Shown here piece after piece: positions 27,401 through 41,419 of a stretch of 64,000 nt of DNA (the stretch's first letter is position 1; the number at the start of each line of letters is the position of its first letter). The stretch is taken from contig NC_052158.1 in assembly GCF_902713615.1 (NCBI RefSeq), forward strand, positions 17,914,546-17,978,545, given 5' to 3'. The position numbers and the translations under genes are program-made. This DNA is from Scyliorhinus canicula (taxonomy: Eukaryota). The notes beneath the pieces were generated by a model. It was not told the origin of the DNA and searched no databases. It saw nothing but the letters and a program-made list of their open reading frames with translations.

Positions 27401-27811
27401 GATGAATGTGTGTATGTGTTGAGTTCCCAGAGTTTCACATCAGGGAGACACTACTGGGAGGTGGGTCTTGGAAACAAACCTCTCTGGGTTGTGGGTGTCT
27501 GCAGAGAGTCTGTCAACAGGAAAGGAAATATCACAGAGTCACCTGAGAATGGATTCTGGGTCATCGCTCGGCTTCCTGACTGCAAATCATTGAAAATCCC
27601 GGATGCCATCTCGCAGCTGAAAGTGAATCCCCGGAAGTTGGGAATTTACCTGGATTATGAGGGAGGACAGGTGTCATTTTACAATGCTGAGGACATGTCT
27701 CACCTGTACACCTTCACTGACACATTCACTGAGAAACTCTATCCCATCTTTAGTCCTTGTGTTAATATCTTTGGTAATAACCCTGAGCCACTCACACTGC
27801 TCTCTGGGTAA
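15443..27811 (+). CDS. TRIM E3 ligase copy 2 (RING-Bbox-CC-B30.2), about 466 aa
   Basis: Exons 15443-15838, 16222-16317, 17358-17591, 18380-18402, 18487-18605, 27279-27811; GT-AG, open frame (1401 nt). Intron 5 is expanded by two CR1 insertions. Confidence 0.92.
21015..22454 (-). mobile_element. 5'-truncated CR1 LINE, specific to copy 2 intron 5
   Basis: Frameshifted RT pieces (KSCLTNLLEFFE, GVPQGSVLGP, RPHLEYCVQFWSP); flanked by GATT at 21011-14 and 22455-58; empty site at about 38905 in copy 3. Confidence 0.9.
21904..22032 (+). mobile_element. Short CR1-type 3' tail nested in the CR1 above
   Basis: Ends GAAGGGCCAGATGGCCTACTCCTGCTCCGAGTTCTTATGTTATG; GTTCAC duplicated at 21898-21903 and 22033-22038. 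Confidence 0.75.
22885..25900 (-). mobile_element. CR1 LINE with near-complete but frameshifted ORF2 (APE endonuclease + RT), specific to copy 2
   Basis: CFNARS, GITETW, YYRPP, MGDFN, SDHN endonuclease motifs; RT in 23830-24534 and 23064-23792; AGAACAAAG tail; empty site CTAATTGTGAAATG at about 7686. Confidence 0.95.
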
Positions 27812-29037
27812 CGCAGTGGGACATATTTTGGGAGGTCGGAGTTTTAGTAAGATGCCTGATTCACTGTCTGAACAGCTCATGTTGTCCTGATTCTCTGCTG
27901 TGTGCTGTCAGGGGGTGAGTGTATTTCTGTATTGTTTATTCTGTAAATTTAACTCAGATTCTCCACCCATCCCACTGTCCCGATCTCAATATAATGGGGC
28001 CCATAAACACTGGGCTGGTATAGAATGAAGCAAAATCTCCTGAATTGTGGTAACTGCCCAGCTCTCGAACAATTCATTGTGAATCTTTATTTTGTTTCCT
28101 CCCTTGATAAATATTTTATTTTAACACGGGACTGACACCTGGTGTGATGATTATTGATTCAGTGAATGAGCAGAAAGAATGTTTTTTCACTCCTGTATGG
28201 GATGTGGGTGTTGCTGGCTGAGCCCTCGTTGCCCGTCCCTAATTGCACTTGAGAAGCTGGTGTAGGTACATCCACAGTGCTGTTAGGGAGGGAGTTCCAG
28301 GATTTGGACTCAGCGACAGTGAAGGAACGGCCGATATGATTCCAAGTCAGGATGGTGAGTGACTGGAAGGGAACCTCCAGGTGGTGGTATCAGGAATGAG
28401 AATATCAGAATAGGTTCCGGAGTAGGACCTGTGACCATTCGGGAAGATCCTGTCTGAACATCAACTCCGACTCCACTTTCCCATCCTATCCCTTCATTCC
28501 CTTTGTACTCAGGAATATATCGATCTCTGTGAGGAATATACTCACTGACACCTCACCAAGAGGGAGAGAATTCCAAAGATTCCAAACTCTCTCTGCGGAA
28601 GGAATTTCTCCCCATCTCAGTCTGAAATGGACGACCCCTTATCCTGATTCTGTGACCCCCTCGTTCTAGACCAGTCTCAGCATCTACCCTGTCAGGATCT
28701 CTGAGAATGGTATATATTTCAATAAGATCATCTCTTATTCTTCTAAACTTCAAAGAATATAGAGCCGTCCAACTCAATCCCTCCTCATATCGGAAAACCG
28801 TTTCATCCCAAGAATCAATTCCGTGAACCTTCATTGCTTCCTCTAAGGTAAGTATATGTTTCCTCAGGTAAGGAGACTGAAACTGTCCACAGCCCTCCAG
28901 CTGTGTCCACACTCAATCCCTGTTACATTGCAGCAAGACTTATTCTCTTATACTTCAACCCCATTGTAATAAAGGCTAAGATACCATTTCCCTCCCTAAT
29001 TGTTCACTGTCTCTGCTTGTTACCTTTCTCTGCTTCA

Positions 29038-30021
29038 GTGTATTTCGGGGTGTTGCCATTTAGGGTAGGTGGGGATAGGTTTAGGGATCTGGGGGTCCAG
29101 GTGACAGGGGAGTGAGCGACACTGCATAAGTGAAACTTAACAAAGTTGGTGGAGGAGATAAAGGAGGACTTTAGGATGTGGGATACACAGCGCCTGATGC
29201 TGGCAGGAAGGGTCCAAGTGGTTAAGGTGAATGTCTTGCCAAGGTTTTTATTTGGATTTCAGATGCTCCCGATTTTTATTCCGAAGGCCTTGTTCCGGAG
29301 TTTGGTCAATGTAATTTGGGAGTTTATTTGGGCGGGGAAGGTGCCAAGGGTGAAGTGGGCCCTGATACAGAGGCAGGGAGAGAAAGGGGACTTGGCGTTA
29401 CCGAACCTGCTGTACTATTATTGGGTGGTGAATGTGGAGAAAGTGAGGTGATAGTGGGAGGGAGAGAGGCCGGAATGGGTTAGGATGGAGGAGGAGTCCT
29501 GTAGGGGGCCCAGCTTCAGGGCCATGGTAACGGTGGCACTACCGTTGTCACCGAGGAGATATACGGAGAGCCCGGGTTGTACAGTCCACGGTTAGGGTGT
29601 GGAACCAGCTGAGGAGACACTTTAGGATGGAGGATTCAAACTGGGGGAGACGGATGGCATGTACAGGAGGTGGAGAGAGGTGGGGTTGATGAAGGCCAGG
29701 GGTTTATATTTGGAGGAGAGGTTCGCCAGTCTGGAAGAGCTGTGGGAGAGGGTAGAGCTCCCGAGGGGAGTGATTTTAGGTATTTCCAAGTGAGGGGCTT
29801 TGCACGGAAGGTGTGGAAAGTGTTCCCCAGGCTGCCGAAGTCGCCCTATTGGAACGGCTGCTGCTTCCAGACATGGAGGAGGAGGGTAGGATTGGGGATA
29901 TTTGGGGGGAGCAGAGGGAATGCACATGGTGAGGATTAAGGAGAAATGGGAGGAGGAGTTGGGGGTAGATAGGGGAGTGGGGAATGAGGCGCTGGGCGGG
30001 GTGAATCTGACCTCGTGCACG
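29038..30021 (+). mobile_element. L1 fragment, paralogous copy in spacer 2 (3' end inverted at about 31476-31678)
   Basis: Colinear with 11502-12527. Confidence 0.85.
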
Positions 30022-30766
30022 GATGTGTTACAGACTGGCATCTATTCGAGGGTTTTGTATGGTTTATATATATAATAATGGATATCTGGGAATGAGATAC
30101 AGATTGGAATCTAATCGAGGGGTTCAGATGGTTTATATATAGAATAATGGTTACCTGGGACTGAGTTACAGACTGGAATCTAATCGAGGGGTCCAGATGG
30201 TTTATATATAGAATAATGGATACCTGGGAGTGAGTTACAGACTGGAATCTAATCGAAGGGTTCAGATGGTTTATATATAGAATAATGGTTACCTGGGACT
30301 GAGTTACAGACTGGAATCTAATCGAGGGGTTCAGATGGTTTATATATAGAATAATGGATACCTGGGAGTGAGTTACAGACTGGAATCTAATCGAGGGGTT
30401 CAGATGGTTTATATATAGAATAATGGATACCTGGGAGTGAGTTACGGAGTGGAATCTAATCGAGGGGTTCAGATGGTTTATATATAGAATAATGGATATC
30501 TGGGGGTGAGTTACAGACTGGAATCTAATCGAGGGGTTCAGATGGTTTATATATAGAATAATGGATACCTGGGAGTGAGTTACAGAGTGGAATCTAATCG
30601 AGGGGTTCAGATGGTTTATATATAGAATAATGGATATCTGGGAGTGAGTTACAGACTGGAATCTAATCGAGGGGTTCAGATGGTTTATATATAGAATAAT
30701 GGATCCCTGGGAGTGAGTTACAGACTGTAATCTAATCGAGGGGTTCAGATGGTTTATATATAGAAT
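30022..30766 (-). repeat. The same 69-bp minisatellite in reverse orientation in spacers (about 11 units); also 12528-12855 and 55575-55837
   Basis: Reverse complement of the intron-2 unit; absent from spacer 3. Confidence 0.95.
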
Positions 30767-31155
30767 AGTGAGCAGCACGGCAACACAGTGGTTAGCACTG
30801 TTGCTACACAGTTCCAGGGTCCCAGGTGCAATTCCCTGCTTGAGCCACTGCCAGTGTGGAGTCTCCATGTTCTCCCTGTGTCTGTGTGGGTTTCCTCCGG
30901 GTGCTCCGGTTTCCTCCCAAAAGTCCCGAAAGATGTGCTGTTAGGTAATTTGGACATTCTGAATTCTCCCTCTGTGTACCCAAACAGGCGCCAGAACATG
31001 GCGACTAGTGGCTCTTCACAGTAACTTCATTGCTGTGTTAATGTAAGCCTACTTGTGACAATAATAAAGGTTATTATTATTATATTTATTGCCTCACTCA
31101 ATCTGGTCTCCAACTGAAAGGCAGCTGACAGTGCAAGTGGTCATTCACAGCACTG

Positions 31156-31170
31156 CCAGCAGATGGCGGC
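31156..31170 (+). promoter_or_regulatory. CTCF-like motif, spacer 2
   Basis: CCAGCAGATGGCGGC. Confidence 0.6.
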
Positions 31171-33217
31171 GCTGCTCCATGTAAAGCCCTTCCAGCCAAC
31201 ATGGGGAAAGTGTGAATCAGGATGAGAGAGATCAAGGAGGGATTTCGGGAAGCGCTTCTTCACACAAAGGTTATAAAACCAAGGCGAGTAAATGTGGTTC
31301 AGATACAGATCAGCTGTGAGCTAACTGAATGGTGCAACAGGCTGGAGGGGCTCAATACCCAACACCTTTTGATAAAATTATCAATTTGACATGAGGATCT
31401 CAGGATATTTTTAAAAGTTGAGAGACTTGTAAATATTGGGAGACGGAAGGATTTGTGTATCCATGAAGCAGAGAACGTTTATTTTAATGTATTTTATTCC
31501 AAATAAATTCAATAAATTCAAAAACAAAAACAAGCAACCTGGGGAACATTCCCCCAGCCACAATGTTACAATCTGTACAAATGTTTCCATTTTACACATT
31601 CCACCCCCCTCGTGATGAACAATTCCTCAAACGTGGCCACCGACGATCCCCACCGTTTGGGGATCAGAATCCCCTCAGATATGGGAGTCACTGAGAAATC
31701 CAATAGGGAATTCAGGAGAAACATCTTTTCCCAGAGCGGGATTAGAATGAGGAGGTCACTGCCGTTCACTGGGAACAGGGCAGGGCAGGGGACGGGGGTA
31801 AAATAGAGGGAGTGGGTCCTTCCCACCAGTTCAGTGCTGGACTCACTCTGACTGGGTTTGGGGATGGATACGAGGCCCTTGTTTCAGGTGAAGCAACATT
31901 TTAAAGTCTGGGCTCGATGGCAGCATTTACACTCACAGTGACTCCCAGTGGGAGTCAATGGAAAGGGATATTGTCCAGAGTGTTCAACAAGAGGCTGATT
32001 CACTGTTTCCCATTGATTGCTGCCACCCCAGTCGAATATCCTATTAATGAGCATCACTGTCTCAGTAACATGTCTTGTGAGATGATCACAAACTGTGGGT
32101 GAGGCAATAGCCAGAATCAGCTTCACGATTTGTTCAAACTAACAGAAGATTAACAAACGGATGGAGCAGGAGGTGAACAGGAATTTAAAGATGTTATTGG
32201 GCAGTAGATGTCCCAGCTCCTGATGTGTAAATGTGATCTGGTGGCTGACAGAGCCTGTCCCTTCATCACTCTCCAGTAAATGGAAGCTCAGCCCAGCTAG
32301 GGTGTCTGTGTGTGTGTGAGGTTCTGTGTGTGTCTGTGTCAGGGTCTGTGTGTGTGAGGGTCTGTGTTTGTGTGTGTCAGGGTCTCGGACTGGCACTGGA
32401 GACTCCCCTCAGGACAGTTTCCAGCATTTTGATTCATTACATTTTACATTTATATAGCGCCTTTAATGAAGTAAAACATCCAAAGGGACTCGACAGCAGC
32501 GTCAATCAGACAACAAAATTTGAGACTGAATCTGTTCTTCGAGACGCTTCTCCCCACAGGCAGAGAATGTGCAGCATCTGAGAAATGAGCAGCTCCAACA
32601 CACCATTGTTCCTGTTCACTCCAGTTACAGAAACTCTGCACCAACTTTCCATCTTCCTGTCCAGAAGCTGATCAGAGAGGTTGCGGCAGGATTGAGGGGG
32701 GAAAAGATGGGCCCGGATTTGGGAGGGAGAGAGAGAGACTCTCCAGGAATTTGGAGAAGGGGGAGGTTGGAGATGGGGGTGGACATGTTCAAAAAGATGT
32801 TTTTTGTGAGAATGAGGGTCAGATGGTGACAGGGTGGAGAGAGGATAAGGAGGGGCTCAGGGATTAGATGGATTTGGAAAGGACTTGGGGGGGAGGGAGA
32901 GGAGAGAAACTAGAGAAAGATGTGGGGGTGAAGGGGGGGTGTTTAGTCAGTGGGTTGGGGGGCAGGAGGTTAGTAACAGAAACAGCTGTAAGGATGGTCT
33001 GGATTGTAACTAAGAAAGCCATTGCTGAGTTCCTCACACGGGGGGAGTTGAGGGAGGTGGGGAAAGGGGAGAGAGAGTTTTCAAGGGGTGGGTTTGTAGA
33101 GAGAGAAGAGAAATAATGTTATAAATCTGACTTTATAAAAGTGATAAAGGCTCCAGACACAATAAAGGGGTCAGTTTGATTTAATTCCAAAGTTGCTGAC
33201 ACTGAGTGTGTCACTGA

Positions 33218-33272
33218 TCACGTGAAGTGAAATCCAGGAAGTGCAGAGCTGAACAGGAATTGAAAGTGAAAG
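33218..33272 (+). promoter_or_regulatory. Proximal promoter, copy 3 (E-box/ETS/ISRE)
   Basis: GAAAGTGAAA at 33262-33271. Confidence 0.7.
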
Positions 33273-33312
33273 AGCGGGAACAGGGAAGGAGAGAGAGACT
33301 CTGGGCACTGAG

Positions 33313-36300
33313 ATGGCATCTCCAGATCTCACACAGGAACTAACCTGTCCCATCTGTCTGGAGATATTCACCCACCCGGTGTCTCTGGAATGTGGACATC
33401 ATTTCTGCAGCTCCTGCATCTCCCAGAGTTGGCAGAAGGTCCCGGGAGATGTTTCCTGCCCTAAGTGTCGACAGGTCTTCACCCAGAGGAACGTCAGGCC
33501 CGCTCGGACCCTGGGTAACGTCGTGGAGAAGATCAGAGAGGTGAAGGTGACACAGCCACAGGAGGAGTTTTACTGTCAGGAACACGAGGAGAAGCTGAAA
33601 CTCTTCTGTGAAGATGAACACAAAGCGATCTGCCTGGTGTGTGGGATGTCCAGAGCTCATAAGATGCACAGTGTGATCCCAATAAAGGAGGCAGCCCAGA
33701 TATACAAGGTACTGGATCACTGCTCCTGGCACAGGTAGATGGGGAAGAGGGACAGGGTGTAAGTCACAGAGAGAGAGAGTGTTTGTAGAATGTGGGGAGA
33801 GGAAGAGAGGGCGGGAGAGACAGGGGTATGTAAGGGGAGAGGGATGTTGAAAGAGGAGAGGGTTGAAGCGAGTAGAGGATTGATTGAGGAGGGGAATTAA
33901 CCTGGAGAAGGATAATTGCAATAAACAGAATTAACCCACAGCTTCTACTTTGTTTATTGAGTGTAATCAATCCTGAGAATATCTCCTTCTCTACCTCACT
34001 GGCCTCACTCTATTTAAACACAGCAAACTCTGCCAGACGGTGACAATGATTGTTTCCTTTGACAAACCCATTTGTGTCCTTTCTGTCTCAGAACAAGTTA
34101 GAAACATCATTGGAAACTCTGCAGAAGCAAATGGACCTCAGTCTTCACAGTAAAAGAGAACGAGAGGATGGGATTTTCCACATGAAGGTAGGAGAGTGCC
34201 CTTTAGGCTTTGTGTAAACTTCCCTGTGTTTGTTATTGAGAGTGAGTGAGCTTCTCACACAGTCAGAGAGAGAGTTTTACTGAATAAAATGCTGCTGCTC
34301 CAAAGTACACTGCGGGCTGCTCCCTGAACTGCAATATAAGGGACCGTCTGTAAATTGCAGATTATTATAACAATGTTTAAATGTCTTACTTTCTCTCTCA
34401 AGCCAATCCCATCGATTGTTGAAATAATTCATGTCTGTAACTCACTCCCGGGGATCCATTATTTTATATATGAACCACCTGAACCCCTCGATTAGATTCC
34501 AGTCTGTAACTCACTCCCCTATCCATTATTCTATATATAAACCATCTGAACCCCTCGATTAGATTCCAGTCTGTAACTCACTCCCAGGTATCCATTATTC
34601 TATATATAAACCATCTCAACCCCTCGATTAGATTCCAGTCTGTAACTCACTCCCAGGTATCCATTATTCTATATATAAACCATCTGAAACCCTCAATTAG
34701 ATTCCAGTCTATAACTCACTCGAGGATATCCATTATTCCATATATAAACCATCTGAACCCCTCGATTAGATTCCAGTCTGTAACTCACTCCCAGGTATCC
34801 ATTATTCTATATATAAACCATCTGAACCCCTCAATTATATTCCAGTCTGTAACTCACTCCCAGGTATCCATTATTCTATATATAAACCATCTGAACCCCT
34901 CAATTAGATTCCAGTCTATAACTCACTCCCAGGTATCCATTATTCCATATTTAAACCATCTGAATTCCACAATTAGATTCCACTTAGTGACTCAGCCCTT
35001 GATGTCTATTATTTCATAATTAACCACTGGAATCACTTTACAATGTTTGTTTGTAACTCAGTCCCACATAGCCAATATCCCATCAAACTGTTCAGCCGGC
35101 AGTGAGTTGTCATTGTTTGTTATCCTTGCTGGATATAAATTTTTATCCCTATATCCCAGTGGACAGAGACCAGGGATACTGAGATTATAAACGTTGTTTA
35201 TTCCGTTCTGTATTCAATCTGTTCCAGGCTGAAGTTGACAGACTGAGAAATGAAATCAACAGTGAATTTGAAAAGATGCACAAGTTCCTGTTTGAGAAGG
35301 AGCAGCTGATGAAAGCAGAGTTGGAGAGAAAAAGCAATAAAATATTCGAGGACATGGAGAACAATTTAACCAAAACTATGGATGAAATCTCTTCTCTTGA
35401 AGTAGCAATAAGAGATCTTAAATCGAGACTGGAGGTACAACTGGCCCCAGAGTTCCTCAAGGTACAAAATCTCTTTGTCTTGTCCAGTGAAACATTCCAG
35501 AGACTGAGGGCGGGCACTCTGACCTTTAACCTCTGGGTTTGGATTAGGCCTCAGTCTGATTGGTTGAAAGATGTCTCTTTCTGCTGTCAGTAAGGGTCCA
35601 ATGGGAAATGAGGTGAGATAATCTCAGTGTGATTCCTATACACAGCGTAACCACGGCACTGATTGATCACTGGACTCCGAGAGAGCTGGGCTGGGAACTG
35701 GAGATGTTTACACTGCTGCAGATGGAGTTCTACTGAGATCTGCTGAGGGCGGATTAAAGTGCATTATTGCAGGGGTGATGGAGCTATGGTTAGAGAGATA
35801 AGAATGGGAGCGGGTGAGGGTAGAACACCCAGCTGGACAACAGTGGAGAGGCGATGGAGGAGGATGGTGTGATCGACCCGTGTCAAAGGCTGCAGACTGA
35901 CCGGGAATAATGAGGAGGGAAAGTTTGTAAGGATGGGTTTTTTGGGGAGATGGGTGAAGATGTAGATTTAAATGAGAGAGAGAGGCAACACCTGAAGAGA
36001 TGAAACAGTTTACAATCCCAGCTAACATGGGGACCAGGAGGGGAGGTTGGGAGATCAGTAGTTTTTGGGAATTGGATGGAGGGGACAGGAGGTGGGTCTG
36101 ATGGACAAGATGAGCTCCAAGAGGGAATAAAAATAAAGAATAAAAGTTATTTTCTTACTGAAATCTTGGTCTCTCAATTTCTACTCGAGATTTACAACAG
36201 GAACTCTTTAATCTGACTCGATCATATCTCTTCTGTTTCTTTCCCCTCAGGATATTCAAGACCTGTTGATGAGGTAAGCAGATATAAAGAAACAGTTTTG

Positions 36301-39300
36301 TGATGTGATCACTGCTGTCTCTCTAACACACACTGATTTCCAGACCTGTTTTTACAGGAGTCAGATGGAGTTTCACAAGCCTGGAACTGTCTCCACTCAG
36401 TTACCTGTGGATATCGCTGGTGAACCATTCAAATACATTAAAGTGTGGAGGGAAATGAGAGCAGTGATTTCACCAGGTATCATTCTCTGTATATTACTGT
36501 CTCCCTGCTGTTATCCACGTGATTAATGAGGTTTGACACACTGATGAAATGATCAGAAAATCAGAAGGAATAAGAACAGGAGTGGTCCAGCCCAGTGAAC
36601 CTGCTCTGATTTTTGATAAGATCATCTCTAATCTGATTGGGGCCTTTACTCCACTTTCCGGCCTGTCCCAGATGACCCTTAACCCCTTGTTGATCAACAA
36701 TCTCTCGAACTCGATCACGAACCAATGACCCAGCCTCTGCTGCTCTCTGTGGTAGAGAATTCCAAAGACTAATATCCCTCTCCGAGAAGGAATTCCTCCT
36801 CATCTCTGTCTTCAATAGAGCCCCCTTCATTTGATGCTGTGTCACCGACACCTCGATTGGCCCAGAGATCAAGCATCCTCCCAGCATCTACCCTGGTGAA
36901 GGAATCCGCTCAGAATGTTATGTTTCAATAAGACAACCTCTTATTCTTCTAAACTCCAGTGAGTACAGACCCAACCAGCTCAACCTTTCCTCATAAGGCA
37001 ATCCCTTCATCCCAGGAATCAGCCCAGTGAACCTTCTCTGAACTCTGTCCAATGAGAGTCTCTCCCTCCTGATGTAAGGAGATCAGATCTGAACACAGTA
37101 CTCAAGCTGCAGTCTCACCAATCCCCTGTAAAGTTGGAGCAAGTCTTCCCTACTTTACACTCCATCCCTTTTCCAATAAAGGCCAATATTCCATTTGTTT
37201 TCCTCATTCCTTGCTGTCCCTGGACACTAACTTTTAGTGATTGATGTACAAGGTCCCCCAGATCCCTCTGTACTGCAGCATTCTGCTGTCTCTTTCTATT
37301 GAAATAATTTGCTGCTTTTCTATTCTTCCTGCCAAGGTGGGCAACCTCCCATTTTCCCACATTATACTCCATCTGCTAAATCTTTGTCCACTCACTTAAC
37401 TGGTCTATATCCCTCCGCAGACACTTTGTATTCTCCTCACAACTTCCCGACCTCACTTTGTGGCATCAGTAAATTTGGCTACAGCATATTCGGTTTCTTC
37501 ATCCAATCAGGAATATTGATCATAAATAGTTGTATCCCCATCACTGATCAGTAATCTCGGGAATTTTGAAAGATTACCACCAATGCATCCACTTTCTCTC
37601 CAGCCCCTCCTTTAACATCCTGGGATGCAGGACATCAGGTCCAGGGGACAAGTTGTCTTTAATCCCGTTAGTTTTGCATATATGTTTTCTCTGGTGATCA
37701 TAATTGTTTTAAGTTTGTCCCTCCCTTTTCCCTCCTGCTTTTTCCTAACACTGGATGACCCCAGGTGTTGTTCTCTGTATATTGTTGGGTATTTTTCTTT
37801 CCCCAGGTTATAAGAAAACATTTGTTGAACGATATTTTGACATTTCTGAGGGACATTGCCAGACCTCAGCACAGAGCACTGATTGGTCCCCACATGCCCC
37901 GTTGTCAAGACGGATACTCTTCCCCTCACTCCGTATACCAGTTACCATGACTACATTATGTCCCCTCTGTGACCAAGGACAGGAACTCCCAACTTAGGCA
38001 GACTTCACCTTCTGTCTCTCCCTCAGCACTTTGCCTTGCTGTGAATGGAATTCAGTTCAGAGAAGTGTGAGGTTAATGTATTGGGAGGGGGAAGATGTGG
38101 CAAGGGAATAGACAATAAGTGGTAAGATAGTGAGAGGTGCGGAGGAACAGAGGGAGATTTGAGTTTATCTCCACAGATTCAGGACAGGTGGATAAAGTGG
38201 TGACGATAACACACCAGATATTTTCCTGTACTGACCAAGGAATAGAGAATAAGAGCAGGGATGTAATGTCAGAACTTTATTAAACACTAGTTAGTCTACA
38301 ACTAGAGTACTTTATATCTTTCTGATCAGTGTGCTGGAGAGGTTACCAAGGAGATTAATGAGGGTGTTGGATGGTTCAGAGAACTTGAGTTCTGAGTTAT
38401 GATTGGATAGATTGGGGTTGTTTTCATTTGATCAGAGGAGGCTGAGGGGAGATTTAATTGAGGTGTATAAAATTAGGAGTGTCCAGATAGAGTGGAAAGG
38501 AAATCCCGAGTCCCATTGCCTCGGGGTCCCTGATCAGGGAGAATAGATACAGGGTGAGAGGGAGGAGGGTTAAAGGGATTATTTTCACACACAATGTGGT
38601 CTGGATCTAGGACTCTCAGCCTGATAGAGGCAGAAACCCTCATAACATTTATAAAGTAATCAGATCTACAGTGAAAGTTTTGTAACCAAAAGTGTTATGG
38701 AGCAGTAACTGGAAACCGGGATTGGGCTGGAGAATTCTATTTCAGCCGAATCTCACATGTTGGTCTGAAATTGCCTCTTTCTGTGAATCCCAGAATAGTT
38801 ACAAAACAGGAGCTGACCATTCGGCCCATTGTGTTCCTGCTAGCTCACTGCAAGACCAACTCACCCAGGGCTATTCCTTCACCTTTTTCTCTGTCGCTCT
38901 GCAGATTTTTCCTGTGCAGTTAATGATTCAATTCCATATGAAAGCTGTGATTGAATCTGATTCCAATACAGTGCATTTCTGATCCTAAACACTCGCTGTG
39001 TGAACAGATTTTCCCTCACGCTAATGTGGCTTCTTTTGTCAATCAGTTTAAATTCTGTGTCCTCTGGTTCTCTTCTCTCAGGGGAACTACCTCAGCTTCT
39101 CCAATCTGTGTCCGTAACTGAATTTCCTCCTCCCAGGAATCATTGTGGTGAATGTTTCCTGCTCTCTCTCTAATGCCCTCACATCCTCCCTCAAAGTGTG
39201 TTCCCAGAACAGAGTTGAGGGTTAACCAGTGTTTATACAGATATAACTTTGTCACTCTATTCTGTGTTAATAAAGCCTAAGATGCTGCATTCTTTATTAA

Positions 39301-41014
39301 CCACTCTCTCTCCCTGTCCTGTCACCGTTAATTGTGAAATGATATCCTGTGCATTAAGGTTTAGGTCATTAATTTACATCAGGAAAGTCAGAACCCATTT
39401 GAATACCAATATCTATCTTCAGTCTGAACAAGCAACAACTGTCATTCACCCCGTTTCATATCCATGTTGCTACTGTCCTCGTTATTCTGTATATTTTCTA
39501 TGTTTCTGCCTGTTAGGGTGACTGTTCCCCTGTTGCCAGAGACTAGGGAACATACGAGGAGGTTAAAGAGCAAAACCGTGTATTGAGATATTGAAGTTAT
39601 TTCTCTGTCATTTAGATGTCAATTTTCCACCAGGATCACTCCTTCCAGCTCTACAGCCCCCTTGTCCTGACTGAGATCTCGGAGGGGGATGTAGGGCTGG
39701 AGGAGGAGAGCCCACCCCCTTGTCCTGGCTGAGATCTCGGAGGGGGGGGGGTAGGGCTGGAGGAGGAGAGCCCACCCCCTTGTCCTGACTGAGATCTAAG
39801 AGGGGGGTGTAGGGCTGGAGGATGAGAGCCCACCCCCTTGTCCTGGCTGAGATCTCGGAGGGGGGTGTAGGGCTGGAGGAAGTTACAGAGATACTGGCTG
39901 GGAGGATGCCGTGTAGACATTTACGTTTGAGATATGTCTGGGTCAGAAGGCGATGACGGTCAGTGAGAATGGGGTCCTGGGAACGTGGAAGGTGAGGTGG
40001 ATCACGAGGGGGGAGGGGGGAAAGGTGGTTGGTGATGGGTGTATGGGTCTTGGTGGAAGTTATGACTGTGGGCAGCAGAATTTGGATGAGCTCACGTTTC
40101 CGTTTCGGGTTCCACGTTGAAAATAAATGAACGCACATCCAGACTCCCCCTTGACTGTTGTGTACAGGGAAGTGAGACAGTTAATGTTTCAATCCCATTC
40201 ACAAATTGAAAAACGTGTCAACACTGTCCAAAAAATGTCACAACAGGCTGGACACAGGGCAGTGACCGAGTTCCTACAATTTGGCTTCACCGAGGTGTTG
40301 TACTGGAGAGAGATCTGAGCTGAGTGAATGGAGCTGAGGGAAGGGGGAGAAATTTCTTCAGACACTCTGTCCCTGAGCTTCCACAGTTCCTGGGCTGAGG
40401 AAAGTGGTGATGTCCCATCACAGTCTGTACACGTCCCGTCATTCACTCCTGTTTTTCTCACAGTAACAGCTTCCCAATCATGTTCTCTTCCAGTTCCAGC
40501 ATCTCTCACCCTGGACCTGGAGACAGCAAGCGACGGACTCATCATTTCCCAGGATCTGACTATTGTGAGGTTCGGAAATGAGGAGCCAGATCGACCTGAT
40601 CATCCCAAAAGATTTGATGTATACTTAAATGTTTTGAGCTCTCAGAGTTTCACATCAGGGAGACACTACTGGGAGGTGGGTCTTGGAGACAAGACTGACT
40701 GGATTGTGGGTGTCTGCAGAGAGTCTGTCAACAGGAAAGGAGACATCACACAGTCACCTGAGAATGGATTCTGGGTCATCGCCTGGACTGAAGACTGCAA
40801 ATCATTGAAAATCCTGGATGTCATCTCCCAGCTGGAAATGAAACCCCGGAAGTTGGGAATTTATCTGGATTATGAGGGAGGACAGGTGTCATTTTACGAT
40901 TCTGAGGACATGTCTCACCTGTACACCTTCACTGACACATTCACCGAGAAACTCTACCCCATCTTTAATCCCTGTAATAATGACTCTGACCCACTCACAC
41001 TGCTCTCTGGGTAA
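33313..41014 (+). CDS. TRIM E3 ligase copy 3 (RING-Bbox-CC-B30.2), about 462 aa
   Basis: Exons 33313-33708, 34092-34187, 35228-35461, 36251-36273, 36358-36476, 40494-41014; open frame (1389 nt). In-frame 12-nt deletion near the C-terminus. Confidence 0.92.
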
Positions 41015-41219
41015 CGCAGTGGGACACGTTTTGGGAGGTCGGAGTTTTAGTGAGAAGCCTGATTCACTGTCTGAGCAGCACATGTTGTCCTGATTCTCTG
41101 CTGTGTGCTGTCAGGGGGTGAGTGTGTTTCTGTATTGTTTATTCTGTAAATTTCACTCAGATTCTCCACCCATCCCACTGTCCCGATCTCAATCTAATGG
41201 GACTCGTAAACACTGGACT

Positions 41220-41419
41220 GGATCAAATTTGCCTGAAGGGGGGTTGGAGGAGGGCTTTGAGGTCCGGTGGAGACCGTTCATGGCTAGATTTGAGGAGCTG
41301 TTTGTTGCGGGTGAGGATAGGGGAGGGAGTAAATGGGGGAAAACTGTAGAGACTGTTTACTTTGTTGGATGTGAAGAATATTTTGTTGAATGTGTTTGGA
41401 ACAAAATATATTTTTTCGA
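41220..41419 (+). mobile_element. Short L1 3'-end insertion in the copy 3 3' UTR
   Basis: 12-bp TSD AAACACTGGACT (41208-19, 41420-31); encodes EGFEVRWRPFMARFEELF, similar to the inverted L1 tail; absent from the other copies. Confidence 0.75.

Noticed and set aside
30022-30766. CRISPR-like appearance of the regular repeats
   Set aside because: Units are contiguous with no unique spacers, there are no cas genes, and the context is vertebrate.
40096-40106. ISRE-like GAAACGGAAAC on the minus strand in copy 3 intron 5
   Set aside because: Single occurrence, altered in copy 4 and absent in copies 1 and 2; compatible with chance.
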